Shown: positions 32,683-45,257 of the stretch, piece by piece
Layout: each line of letters starts with the position of its first letter
Numbering within the stretch: the first letter of the stretch is position 1
Assembly (NCBI RefSeq): GCF_011745625.1
Contig: NW_027191461.1
Location: 62,001 to 126,000 of the forward strand
DNA: 64,000 bases
Source of the DNA: Cladosporium halotolerans
Lineage: Eukaryota
Direction: 5' to 3'
Position numbers and translations under genes: made by a program
Notes under the pieces: generated by a model
The model's database searches: none
Told to the model about the DNA's origin: nothing
The model's input: the letters and a program-made list of their open reading frames with translations, nothing else

Positions 32683-35600
32683 GACGTTGTGGTGATGTGG
32701 AGTTGGATCGGACGAGAGGAGAGGGAGGCAAAGGGGAAAGGTCAGGCGCTCAGGTCATTAAGAAGATTCTCCTCGGGGTCGGTCGGTTCTGCTGAGCTGA
32801 TTGCGCCTAATGGTGCCGATATCCTGGGGCACAATGGTCCACTACCGTTTGCGAGCAGCTTAAGCCCTGTCGCGAGCTTGGACATCAATCCTACATCATC
32901 GCATCTGCTATCTGTGGGGTAGAGTCGGCGACCGAGGCCAATTCGGTACGAAGGGTTGTCTACAGTCGTTCGTATTTGCATGAAAACGGCCTTCGAACGA
33001 GCCTTTCGTCTTCATTTCGTGAGATCTCACCTTGAGGGCGACATCCAAAAGGCATGTACATGCGTGCATGTTTCCACATTGTCAAACCTAAGCTGCGCTA
33101 TCACTCCAGCATTGGCGGAGTGCTTCTTACCATATTGGGAAGGTACACGCGGTTCTCGCATGGGCTTGTCTTTTGCGGTGTTCCCATGGCCTTTTTCGAT
33201 TACCGTGTAGTAATGACAGACAATCGATACTCGTCAGCACGATAGCATCATTTGCATGCCTTGGTACTGGCCGGATCGCGTGGGTGAAAACCATCCTCGA
33301 ATCTATGGTTCGGGCTGCAGCGTGCATCACCGAAAAACGAAGAGCAGCAAGCAAGTCGGAGGCCAATGTTAACTCATAACGATCGAGATCTTTACGAAGA
33401 CGATGTTAAAGAAAATGGCCAAGATTTGTGCCAGTGACAGCAAATGCCCTGAAAAGAAACCATGACCACCTTGTACTGCTTTGGAAGGGATTTGGGGCGA
33501 ACAATGCTGCACCATAGGGTTAGGGTTGGGGTAATCTAGTCGTCATCCGCTCGGTTAGAAACACCCAAGCCGAGCCAAGAACAACTGAGTAGAGAGGCCG
33601 AAAGCTTACATACAATGGGACACTGAGTGAAGATAAGCAGCGACTATTCCCATATTTACACAGCCAAAAATTGAGTCTTGCAGCGCGCTACATCCATTTT
33701 GAGACTGTCTGTGAAGATATACGGCTTGGATCACTTCCATGAACTGTCAAAGGTCACCGCATGCGACATGTGAGCGAGTGAGTTACATGGTTGCGCACCA
33801 ACATGAGCTATGCTATCAACCTCAGGCATCCACTGTGAAGGAGTCTCCCATGAAGCCGACAACCTCGGACAGGCTACACGGTTATGCAGATGATGTTCTC
33901 GGGACGGGGAGAATACGAAGCCATTCATAATTATTCTGTAACATCGAGTCTAATTGCAATGTACCGATTTGGTCAGGCAAGCGAGACGTCTCCAGCTCTG
34001 ACCACTGCTTCAAAATGCATGACTTGCTGGTGTAGATTAGACCTACGCCTCCCATCAGTGAATTTCTAGGTGCTGATATGCGCTGCATGGCGTCCCCGGC
34101 CTCCGCATCGGCACCTGTCTGATGAAATGCTGATGTGCGCGTGCGAATAGAACAGAGTTCAGCCTACACGAGTACCGAAGTCCATTCGTCCGCATAGGCC
34201 CTGATCTTTGGGTACATGTAACCTAGGTCTTCAGGCCTCCAGCCGTGGTTCTGAATCGTAGAGTTCCACTAACACGGGTCAGATCTCAAATTGATGTGCT
34301 GACTACATGCGTGTGTGAAGATCACTTGCGCAAGACTTGCGAATGCCTGGGGAGAGTTCCGAATTGGTGTCGAGCGCTTCATGCGCGGACCAGCTACTCA
34401 CATATCCTTTTCAACGGGCGTCCTTTCGCGTTCAAAGCGTGAAATTTCCGGCGTTGCATTCTCCAAAGACTGGACACAAAGACAGGTCCCTCACCCTTCT
34501 CCCTCAACACAGTAGTCACTCCGCCGCGTGCCTTTGTCTTCTCGTGGGTTCGAAAGAACGACAGCGACTGCAGATCGTGGCAGACTAAGATATACAATCA
34601 TGTCTGTGCGTCAATGTTCCCCAATCTTCGTGGCGATGTACCAACGATCTCCTGAACCGAAGATCTTTCCATTCTTCAAGGACCATCACCGGGATGGAGT
34701 GGTTTGGCGCGATTTGGGCAGATAGCTGAAGACAGCCAAGGCTACTTTACGTGTCCATTGCTTTGCCCGGGCGGCTTAGCCTACCAAGTCCCATAGAGCT
34801 GGTCAGCCGGCGCCCGTCTGTTGGCCGTTGTACGCCTCGCTAGTTCGACCGAGTGCCTAATGGCATGAGACATTTACAGCGCTTATGCTGTCACCGATGG
34901 AAACTGAACTTCTGGATAGTTGGACAAGGAAATGACCGGGCCGGATGTGCTTTGTGTATAGAAGAACAAAAGAAGCCTGTTCCCATGAGCGCTGGGTTGC
35001 CCAGCTGCACAAGGCCAACCCTCAACTTGAAACAAGGAGAAGCGTGCGGGCCGTTAAGCTAGAAATGTCAATTTCAGCGCGAGGAAGTTCAGCGTTGAAG
35101 CAACTGCTGCAGCGCGGTGAAGCACCGCACTTCGGCATAGCCCCGCCCCGCCACGTACCTGCATCTCGGCGCCCTAGTCGAGGCAAGAAAATAACTACAG
35201 TAAGGTACTAATTAAGCGGTCACTCACGAACGGTTCCCGATCTTACCCCAGGATCAAGTCCTGAATACGACTGTGCTCGCGGTACTTGGGTCCGCACTAC
35301 GATGAGCCTCCGAGGTCTGCTCTGGCCCTGAATACGGTGCTCTGACTTATGCTGTTGATGAATCGACGACGTACCTCGGACCAAGGACCAGCGATCCTCC
35401 AGGGTGCTGACCCCGACATAGCGCTTGAGCGTCGTTTCACCCAACCAACCACGATTCGGCCTGCTCGCAGATTTGCGAGCCGTGCCAAAGAGGCATGCGA
35501 GCCGACGCCGGACCGGGCAGCCGTCGACCGCACATTTGCCGCGGCGTTGAGGCACTGGCTGGGCCTTCTTCAGGGTTTGCAGGGGCGACCCCTCGACAAA

Positions 35601-36324
35601 CACGACGATTAACGGCGCTAGCCGATCCGGATGCCGCGGCTCGCCGAGCCCAGAGCTAAAGTGCACGAAGGCAACACATCACGAGCTCAGTGAAATCAGC
35701 ATCTGAGGGTAATGAAGGCTTCACTTGTCGATTTGTTGCGGGCTTGATCTTCACTGCCTGTGAGCATTGGCTGTTGGCATCTTTGCTGTACCGCAACGCA
35801 TTCGTTGCCCGAAATAGCGATCGTTTCTTGTCACTTGGCTGACATCCCGCGGCGCCCGCCTTGAGGATAAAGTTTCTGTTAGCATGCTCTAGCATCAGAC
35901 ACCCTGACTCTCCACGCACCAACGACTCGAATCTGGGCTCCAGAGTCCACGTGCTCGGGCAAGTCTTGAGTCGTGTTTGCGGCGCTGAACGCCGCTCTCT
36001 TGCCTCAAGCAGGCTGAGACCCGACTCTTTAGCAGCGTAACGTAAGCAAGTTTGGGGCACCAGACCCGCTCGGTTTATGCCATGCGCGATGCACCGCCGG
36101 TCGCGATAGCGCACCTCCTTTTGAAACGGCTGACTCCAGGTTGCGGTCCAGGAAAATTGTGGGAATGCCTGGGCCCTATGTTTGAAGCCTGTCGAATCGC
36201 GTCAGATCTGCCCTGCTGTTGATATACTACCGCTCGCTTTCGCCTTTACTGTACCCTCGTCGATTTGGCTTTCGTTTCAGGCATTCACTCATTGCGTTTC
36301 CCTCACATCACCATCGCCGGCATC

Positions 36325-37639
36325 ATGGTCCAACCAGCGGGTCGTGGACTCCAGGTCCTGACCATGTATTCATTCTTTGCGGCTTTGACCACCATTGTCG
36401 TGGCGCTGCGCCTGTACTGTCGCGCTTATATCCAGAAAGCGTTCGGATGGGATGACTACGCTGCCGCCATGTCATGGGTACGTATATTGTCGACTTTATG
36501 CGAAGGGCTGTCTGCTAAACACCATCTGCCATAGGTATTCTTCATTCTATTCTCTTCGTTCGCTATCACAGGTACCCACCACGGTACAGGTCAGAAAGTT
36601 GCCGACATCCACCCTGCCTCAGAAGTTCCTGTTGCGCTCAAAGTAAGAGAAAACCATGGTTATGCTTCCGATTCTTTCGTCGTATAGATGCTGATGGTTC
36701 ATAGTTCTGGTGGCTATGCGAGCCTTTCTACGTCATCTCCAACATGGCTATCAAAGCCAGTATTGGTATCATGCTTCTCCGCCTCTGCGTCCGTCCGATT
36801 CACAAGATCGTCGTTTGGACTGTCCTCGTCGTCACTGAGGTCTACAGCGCCTTCTTCTTCTTCATTTTCCTCTTCCAATGCTTGCCATCCTCTTACTTCT
36901 GGACTCAGTACACGGGCGGCAAAGGAACCTGCATGGATCCATACATCACGGTGGCAGTATTCTATGGCTACTCCGCTGTCACTTGCGCTGGAGATTGGAC
37001 CTTCTCTATCCTGCCAGGCTTCTTGGTTTGGGACTTGCAGATGGGCCGGAGGGAAAAGGTGTCCGTGGTCTTGATTCTTGCTGTCGGTGCTCTGTACGTC
37101 CATCACTATCTCACGCGAGACGCTCTTGATCAAAAGCTGACAACATCGTCAACAGCGCCTCCATCGCAACAATTGCCCGCATTCCCTACGTGAACACCCT
37201 TGAGAAAAAGGCAGAGTTCCTTTACGCGACTACGGACGTCGCACTTTGGTCCTGCACCGAGACTGCACTTGGTATCACTGCCGCGTGCTGCGCTACGCTT
37301 CGACCGCTTCTACGCAAAGTCATGCCCGCGCTTGGCTTCTCGTCCTCGCACAACCGATCACGCGGTGTCACGAACACAAGCCGCATGGGGGACACGAGGA
37401 CCGGCAGGACCAACCGCGGACCTTACACGCGTAGCTCAAGCCGGGGCGAGGAGGACGAGATGAAACTGCAGGGTCTGGAGCACGCACGCGGAAAGGAGTT
37501 CGGCACGCTGACCTCCGCGTGGCACCCTGAGGACGAGCGAGACATCGAGGTTGGAAGCAACACTTCCGAGACGATGATTATCAACACGAAGACCTCTGTC
37601 TACTACCACACCGAAGAGGAGGTTCCCGAGAGGCGCTAG
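36325..37639 (+). CDS. PTH11-like (rhodopsin-domain) integral membrane protein without CFEM
   Basis: Four exons with introns 36478-36534, 36643-36704 and 37094-37155, total 1134 nt. VALRLYCR..FGWDDY, FQCLP, DWTFSILP, WSCTETALGITAACCATLRPL. Confidence 0.88.
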
Positions 37640-38208
37640 GGTGAAACAACACCTTCCATACCATACCCAAGTGTAATTTCTGTATGCGAACATGTCATAC
37701 GAGCAAATGTCCTGATTACCATTGTTTGAAATTCTCAAGCTCATTTCCTTCTTTTGATGCGTCAGAATCCGATTGCCACGGGTGATGCTATAACCAGTCG
37801 ATACTTGACTGCCAGAGTGAAAGGACATACTTATTCCATCGTATTCCATCCATGTGCACCTGCAAGCTGAAGGTGAGTGATAACCCGCCATATTCGATCA
37901 TAGCTTTTGATATGGTAACACCATAGAAGCAGATCGAGCCCGAATTCACTGATTAGTAAGTGGTACCGTTGGCATATAGTTCAGAATCGCTCGGTGACCT
38001 AGTTACCAACCCCCTGGTACGACTCGAGGTCAGATTAGGGCTACGCGGCTACAAGGGCAATTTTTATCATAGGTTTCGAGACAGGCACCTCAAGGTACCA
38101 ATTTGGTCTTATCGATAGGGCAACCTCAAAGCTTCCAATTCCCATAGTCGCAACCACCCTAGCAGACCTCAGAAAGACAAAAACCCTCCCACACACAAGC
38201 GCACAAAA

Positions 38209-39150
38209 ATGCAAGCCGACCGCCGCCGCCTCAATGCGCCCGCAGGCGGCACTGCTCCTCCCACCTTCGCACCAACCACGACTAAACCGCCGCGCCGCGC
38301 CCGCAAACCCGACGAGCATCGCAAGATCTTCCTCCAAACCGGCATCGTGCCCTCAGCCGCCGGTTCCGCCTACTACGAACTCCCACCTCAATCCATACCG
38401 CAGGCCGATGGCCTCCTGCAGCCCGCGACCTCGAGCTTGAAAATCACTTGCACCGTCCATGGCCCGCGTCCTCTACCACGGAACGCAGCTTTCTCGCCGA
38501 ATCTGCTGCTCACGACACATGTGAAGTTCGCGCCGTTCGCGACACGTAGCCGAAGAGGGTGGATTAGAGATGCGAGCGAGAGGGATCTGGGCGTGCATTT
38601 GGAGACGGCGCTGAGGGGCGTGGTTATTGGCGAGAGGTGGCCGAAGAGCGCGGCGGATGTTGTCATTACGGTTCTGGAGGGCGAGGAGGATGGCTGGCAT
38701 GGGATTGGGAAGGAGGCCGAGGGCGGACGAGCGGGCGGCTGGGGTTCAATGAGCGTGCTCGCTGGGTGTGTTACTGCTGCGAGCGCGGCGTTGGTGGATG
38801 CGGGCATTGATTGTGTGGATCTGGTGTCTGGTGGGGTTGCGGCGCTCGTTGGTGCGGAAGGAGAGGGCAGGGATGAGATTGTGGTGGACCCAACACCTGC
38901 GGAGCATGATATCAAAGCGGCCTGTCTGGTTGCCTATCTGCAATCAAGGGACGAGATTACGGAAATGTGGATGAAAGGCGATGCTGGGAATGAATTGGAG
39001 AATCTGCTCGAGCAGGCTGTCAGATCAGCGACGTTGTCAAGAAGCGTACTTGTCGATGCGGTCAAAGAAGCCGCCGAAGCCAAGGTTGGCCTTCAGGAGC
39101 CCATAAATGGACGGTCAAAGAAGGGCCAGGATGTTACGATGACCGGATGA
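38209..39150 (+). CDS. MTR3: exosome RNase PH-like subunit Mtr3
   Basis: DRRRLNAPAGGT N-terminus, GSAYYE, VHGPRPL, VKFAPFA, WPKS, TAASAALVDAGIDCVDL. Confidence 0.85.
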   Translation: MQADRRRLNAPAGGTAPPTFAPTTTKPPRRARKPDEHRKIFLQTGIVPSAAGSAYYELPPQSIPQADGLLQPATSSLKITCTVHGPRPLPRNAAFSPNLLLTTHVKFAPFATRSRRGWIRDASERDLGVHLETALRGVVIGERWPKSAADVVITVLEGEEDGWHGIGKEAEGGRAGGWGSMSVLAGCVTAASAALVDAGIDCVDLVSGGVAALVGAEGEGRDEIVVDPTPAEHDIKAACLVAYLQSRDEITEMWMKGDAGNELENLLEQAVRSATLSRSVLVDAVKEAAEAKVGLQEPINGRSKKGQDVTMTG

Positions 39151-39580
39151 AAGGAAAGAGGAGAAGGGGATGAAAGCTTTCTACGAGAGGAAGTCGGCAA
39201 CCGCTCGCTCGCCAATGGGATTTGGTCTCAAACCACGGTTGAAAAGCCGTTTCTGCTCCTTCGATGCAGCAATGGAACCAAGCAATGTGCAGTCAGACCA
39301 ACTCATTCTGTGGCCTGCCATCCATAGTGCATGATCGATCTCGAGCGACGTCAGATAGGCGAGAGGATCATCGCGATGATGGCCAACCCAAACCATTAGA
39401 TGATTCTTTCACAAGCACGGGAGACGAAATGCGAACGGTATAAAGACCCGAATGAGGGATATTAGCTTCTGCATTTCTCCATTCATTCCATGTAGCGGCA
39501 TAATCATAATCTCATCCTCGTGTGCGTGAGAATTACAAAGAGTTTCATTTCGCAAAGAAGTAAGCCGTAGGGGGGTAGTA

Positions 39581-40847
39581 TCAGAACTCAACATCTTTCG
39601 CCGTCACCTTGCCCGCCTCAGCCTGTGCGTCTTGGTCACCCTCCATCGGTGGCAAGCTGAAGGGTGCCACGAGGAACTTCCTCCGACTCAGAGTGAAAGC
39701 TAGATCTTCGCCTATGCTGTTGCCGGCGCCTGCGCCACCTTCGCCTCTTTCCGTCACCAGAGGTAGCTTGTGAACTTTGACCATGCCCTGTGGTTGCTCC
39801 TCCTTGGCTGATGTTGTGGTGGCATAATGTGACGGGTGTGTAGCGTCCATAAGATGTGGGAAAGGAGTCAACTCAAGGACGCCATCCGAGAGGGTTTCAG
39901 CCCATCGCGTAACGGCACTGCCGCGAGGGTACAGCGTTAGAGGAAGTGTGGCCATGACGGTCAGCTGCGAAGGATATTGGCGGAGGAGTGTTCGCAGACC
40001 GTGTATGAACCGGATGAAGTTTTCGGGTTTCGCGGACTGAGGAGGGTAAAGCGCTGGCGACAGGATGGTTGGTATCACCAGTCGATGCACTGCAGATGGA
40101 GGTGATTGGGAGAGCGCATTTGAGAGCGAGGCCAGAATGGGCTGAAGAGGAGGTCCAGAGCGAGGAAGAGGAATATGGTTGATCTTCGCATCAGAAGGAA
40201 GGGTGAGGCGTTTTGTGAGGTCGAATGTGTGATAGAACGGCAATTCTTGCTTCATTGGATCTTGCGGATTGGAGGAAATGGAGCGATCAGGAAGAGCTGT
40301 ACTTACCCGTCAGCATTGAGCCGACACAATTGAACACAGCGACTCTCAAAGGACAATTTAATTCCTGGGCTATCAAAGTGATCCACGCACCTCTTTCGCC
40401 AGCTTGTCCCAAACGTTCATATCGCCAGGCGATTTTCATCTTGTCTGTTGTGACACCATCTGCACTCTTCTCTTGATCCGGCTTCTGTTGGTATTTGCTG
40501 TCCGCCAACCCAGGTAATTCCCTCACCCAGCCCTCGCCAACGCCAACAACGTGCACCACATGTCCCTGCAAGATACCCTCAGCGGCGTAGTATCGCAGCA
40601 ATGCGCCAGCAAAATCAGTAGTCTCATGTTCACCAATCAGCAGACTTGAGCCGAGCGCAAGCCCACTGTGGCCACCAAGTAGACCATCGATTGAAGGCGC
40701 ACCGGTGGAGGTGACGGGATGCGAGGTCAACGGTGAAGGCCGTACGCCCGGTAGCTGCTCTATCTTTGTCGGTGCGTCTGCCACGGTAAGTGATGCCGGC
40801 GAAGCAGGCTGTCGGCCTATGCCAACATTGCGTTTGCGGAAGGCCAT
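39581..40847 (-). CDS. ELP4: Elongator complex subunit Elp4 (PAXNEB)
   Basis: MAFRKRN, GVRPSP, STGAPSIDGLLGGHSGL, LLRYYAAEG, MKIAWRYE, FYHTFDLTKRL, DLAFTLSRRKF; intron 40390-40297. Confidence 0.93.
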
Positions 40848-41036
40848 TGCGTGCGTGCGGTCGAGTTGTGGTCAAGGAATGAAGTCTCCGCGTCACTGAA
40901 ATCTGAGATCTGGAGGTTGCGAAACTTGCGCGCTTGTCCAATCAGACGGACGCCAGGCTTCGTACGAGCAACATCACGCCACCAGCTGCGAAGGCGACGA
41001 TTGACCCCTCCATTCTGTTTTTCTCAGGACGTCACC

Positions 41037-41282
41037 ATGAACGTCTTCTTGCTTCTGATGGTGGGACTGGCCAGTTTTCTTGTCCTGGTGCTCGCACTGT
41101 TTGCTCTGTCATCATGCCTAGGCGACGAGATACGTGCAGCGTGGAGCGGCCGGCAGAGACTAGCTCCCACCACGTTTGGTCTACAATACGCTCGCAGTAT
41201 GGGCCACGGAGGAAACCAAGCTGGATGGGAGCAAATCGAAATGGAGGATCTCTTGGATCGGCCTTACAAACACGAAGACTGA
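41037..41282 (+). CDS. small single-pass membrane protein (81 aa)
   Basis: caccATG context; hydrophobic residues 3-24; acidic tail EQIEMEDLL; candidate 5' UTR intron 40962-41027. Confidence 0.55.
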   Translation: MNVFLLLMVGLASFLVLVLALFALSSCLGDEIRAAWSGRQRLAPTTFGLQYARSMGHGGNQAGWEQIEMEDLLDRPYKHED

Positions 41283-43083
41283 TGGGATGGGCTTGCGGTC
41301 CTCACCGCAGGCGCGCGACATCGTCGTGGCCCAAACGAAATACCTTTCGTGACTTACAGCTCCCGATCAACATCGCTGAACCCTACTGAATTCGACCGGT
41401 CACCGGCGCAAGTCGCTGCATGTCAGCTCGCTCTCGCTTTCGACCACGCGGATCTTCCGTCAATTCAATAATCCCGCCTTACATGCAACAATTAGCACAG
41501 GGTTTCGCACCCATGTGCACCAAATGGCGCAGTTCGAGTTTGATTGTCATTTCAGCAATGGACTTCCCAAAAGTTACTACTCGATGCGAGGAAGCACTTT
41601 CCCGGTCTCAACATGTAGCCCCCGCTCTCTGTTCAGCTCGCTGGGAGTGCCGCTCCAGCTGCAAAGATTGCTCGCATTGGAACGCCACATATCTGCTCAT
41701 ACAAGTACTACCGCCTGGAATGACCAGAAGATTTAAGGCGGTGCAGGATGAGGCAACTGACATAGTGGGGACGGACGATCTCGTGGCGCGATACTGCCGG
41801 TATGGAGCGAATGTGTGGTACCAGCGGAACACTAAAGGCTATCATACGTCGGAATGGATGAACGGGTCACCACGTGCTCGGGAATTCTTGCAACAAGTGT
41901 TGGATGATGCTTATTCTCACGAAGGCTGTACGGTGGAAGAAGTTGCGGTAGACCTCGTCGGAGATGCTGCACACTCATTGGTTGTATCGTCGTCTCCACG
42001 AAATGAGCAACTTATTTTGTCGGGTACAAAATAACTTTGAACGATCAGTCAAGGTCTGCATAGCCCCCAAAACATCAAGCACGAAACCATTGCCATTCGC
42101 AGAACTTCGCTGTAAATGGTCGCAGGCCTGTGTTAGCCTCGACAAAGAACTCCCTCGCATCCTTAGTCAGCCTTACTAGTACTGTGCTGTTACACTTAAC
42201 GTTTCCGCTGGCCTTTGTACACGTATGCACCGTCTCGCAAGCGTATCCGTGACTTTTGACACATGAGGGAACACTCTCCGTATAAGTCGTGACCACTGAT
42301 CTGACAAGCCGAGCTACTCAAATTCGTAGCTTTAACCAGCTACTGAACACCGGAGAAAGGTAGCACGTCCATTGATTGATTATTTCATGGGTGTCATTAT
42401 GGTTACAGTACCAGACGGGGCTTGTGGTACCCTGGCGGAAATAATCTCTGTCTGTGCTGCGAGGCCTATCGGCAATGGCCCCACCTGGGTCTCCTTCGTC
42501 CTGCTGATTCAAGCAATTTCTCGTGATAAGCTAAAGCTAAAGCGATCTACCTGCTCGCACGCAAGTCGGACCCAGTTCGCGTCTTTGGTGCCGTGTACCC
42601 GAGCCCTCGGTTCTGTGCAACATCGTCCAGCATCGACCGAGCGTCGTCCAAGGGAACATCCGGCTGACGAGTGGGGCTTCACATTGAGGAAGCCATCTAT
42701 TTAAGCGAGCTTCGGCAACAATTTCATCTTGCACGACTCATACTTCGGATGTATTACTGTTAACAATGAGTAGCACAAGTGTATCCACCATGCAAAAGCA
42801 CGCTAAGCTTGAGTGTGGATTGCCTGCCAAAGGTGCAAAAGGGACTGATTCTGGTGAAATAGCACTTCAGCTTTGCCGAGCCGCTTCAAGTGATCATCGC
42901 AAGCCTAGCATGGGTTACAAACCGACGCCAAACTCTAGCTAGATGTAGACCGCGGCCTAGTCGAATGATGATACGCTGCTACAATCTATCCCGGAGCCTG
43001 GCGACTGGCCATTTCCGCCTCCAGACTCGACATCGGTTTCCCTCTCTCTTGGACCTCGAAGCTGGCCTCCCATGATTGAGACT

Positions 43084-44794
43084 ATGATGGTAGCCGCCTT
43101 CAAGAAGAGCTTCATCTTGGGCTCACTAAGCTGGTTGGCGATCTTGGGAAGTGGCCAGGCCCAGAACTTAGATGCACCACAAGTGCCCTCGACGAGCGGC
43201 CTCATTATTGGCCATCGCGCGCCCAATACATCCAGTACCTTCGAATTCCTGGGCATCAAGTATGGCCAGGCTCCCATAGGAGACCTGAGATTTGCTCCTC
43301 CTGAGCGATATAGTCCACCGCGTGATACTATCTACAACGCTTCGTACTGGGTGAGTGCTCTCCTGCCATGTACGAGGTACTCAAGGCTGATGCGAATAGA
43401 ATGCGTGAGTCCACGCGGTCAAAAAGTAACCAGTACACGCTTGCTCACTTGCCATCAGAGACTGCCCAGCGAATATACCACCAGAAACCAAGTTTCCAAA
43501 CTTCACTGGGAATGGCCCCGAAATCTTCAGTAAATTTACTGCGCGACTTGGAAATCGGCAAGATGAAGATTGTCTCGCTCTGAATATCTGGACAAAATCA
43601 CTTCCTACGCATGGATCCCAGGGTCCTAATAAGCCAGTCTTTGTGTTCTTCCATGGTGGACGCTTTACCATTCCTGGCCCACACAGTCCCTTCTACAATG
43701 GCCAGTATTTTGCGGACAATGAAGACGTAGTTGTCGTGACTATCAATTACCGCTTAGGCATATTTGGTTTTCCAGGGGCGCCAGGCGTAGAGCAGAATGC
43801 TGGACTTCTCGACCAGCGTTTGGCAGTGGAATGGGTGCATGAAAACATTGCTGGCTTCGGCGGCGATCCGGCTCGTATCGTCATATTCGGGCAATCCGCG
43901 GGTGGCTCTTCTGTTGACTATTGGGCATACGCTTATCAGCAAAACCCCATCGTAGCCGGCATGATATCACACTCTGGGACAGCCCTGAGCTTCATCCCGA
44001 ATACACCGGAATACTCGCAACTGATTTACAACAACGTCTCTAGCACAGTCGGATGTGCTGACGGGACCGACACCCTCTCCTGTCTTCGGAGGAAGAATAT
44101 CACAGAAATCCTCGCAGCTGCTCGGAAGGTTCCAACACTCCCGACAGAAGCTCTCGTTCAGGCCACCTTTCACCCGACTGTCGATAACGTCACAGTCTTT
44201 GCCGATTACGCTACGCTTGGAGCTACGGGCGCCTTTGCAAGAATCCCATATCTTGCCGGAAATGGCGACTATGAGGCTGGTTTTTACCGCGTGAGCGCCT
44301 TCAACGCGAACATCACCTTGTCTCCAGATCAGTGGGGCCTTTACAACGAGCGAGCTTTCACCTGCCCAACGAAGTACGCGAGCGACTTCCGCGTGTCACA
44401 CGGCGTACCAACCTGGCGATACCGCTACATGGGTGGTTTCGACAATCTTCGCCTTTACGGCAGTTGGGAAGACTACTCATACAGTGGCTCTTACCATGGC
44501 GTCGACCTGAACGAGCTTTTCGGTACTGCTGAGGATGTCACGGGCGAGCCGAGCACGTCGGCCCAACAAGAGTTCTCGAGATATATGCAGGGCGCCTGGG
44601 CAGCGTTTGGACGCGATCCTGAGCATGGCCTTACAAATTATGGCTGGCCAAGCTATAAATCCGGCAGCCCAAGTCTGATAAGATTGGCACCTGGGAATCA
44701 GCCGGTTGGTGAAGTTTTCGACCAGGCTTTCTATGATGGAAGTTGCCCGTTCGTCGAAGACAACGATCCCAGACCAGGCAGAGGTGCTTTCTGA
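43084..44794 (+). CDS. secreted type-B carboxylesterase (cholinesterase-like alpha/beta hydrolase)
   Basis: Signal peptide; FLGIKYGQAPIGDLRFAPP, EDCLALNIW, FFHGG, NYRLGIFGF, nucleophile GQSAGG, YEAG, YHGVDL. Introns 43351-43399 and 43405-43458 flank a 5-nt exon. Confidence 0.92.
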
Positions 44795-45257
44795 GCTCGA
44801 AACTCGATAGTAGGTGACACCATATGCTCATTTGAGCTCTCAATAGAGCGGATTATCTAGTGTGTTCTCGATCAAAGCCCTAGCGATACGTCCTGAGAAC
44901 AAAATATTTAAGTCTGTCGAAGGCCATTCATTCACGACGTACGTCACGCATCTGACTGATGATGCTCAATCTTCTCATTGCCAACGTTTCGTTTGCGGGG
45001 CCGTGAAGTGGATTTCCAATCATCGTCACAACCATCACCAACAAAGCTGAGCAATCAGGCGGGATTGCCTATTCGGGCCAAACGCCGCCACATTCGTGAC
45101 CAGCACGGCGGCATGCGGTTCTCGTCGTAATTCGGCTGAATACAATCTGTCAGCCTCTTAACTTCTTCGATCGTTCCAATGCAATGTGCCAATAACGACA
45201 TCTTGTCACATTAATCCTCACCTGCTGCCAAAATTGAGCGCGGTGGAGAGCTTTGCG

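Noticed and set aside
32700..36300. Transposon or RIP-degraded element in the long gap
   Set aside because: No terminal repeats, transposase/RT motifs or AT-rich RIP signature seen.
44955..45052. TGATGA...CTGA spacing like a C/D box snoRNA
   Set aside because: No proper terminal stem and no rRNA-complementary guide that I could recognise.
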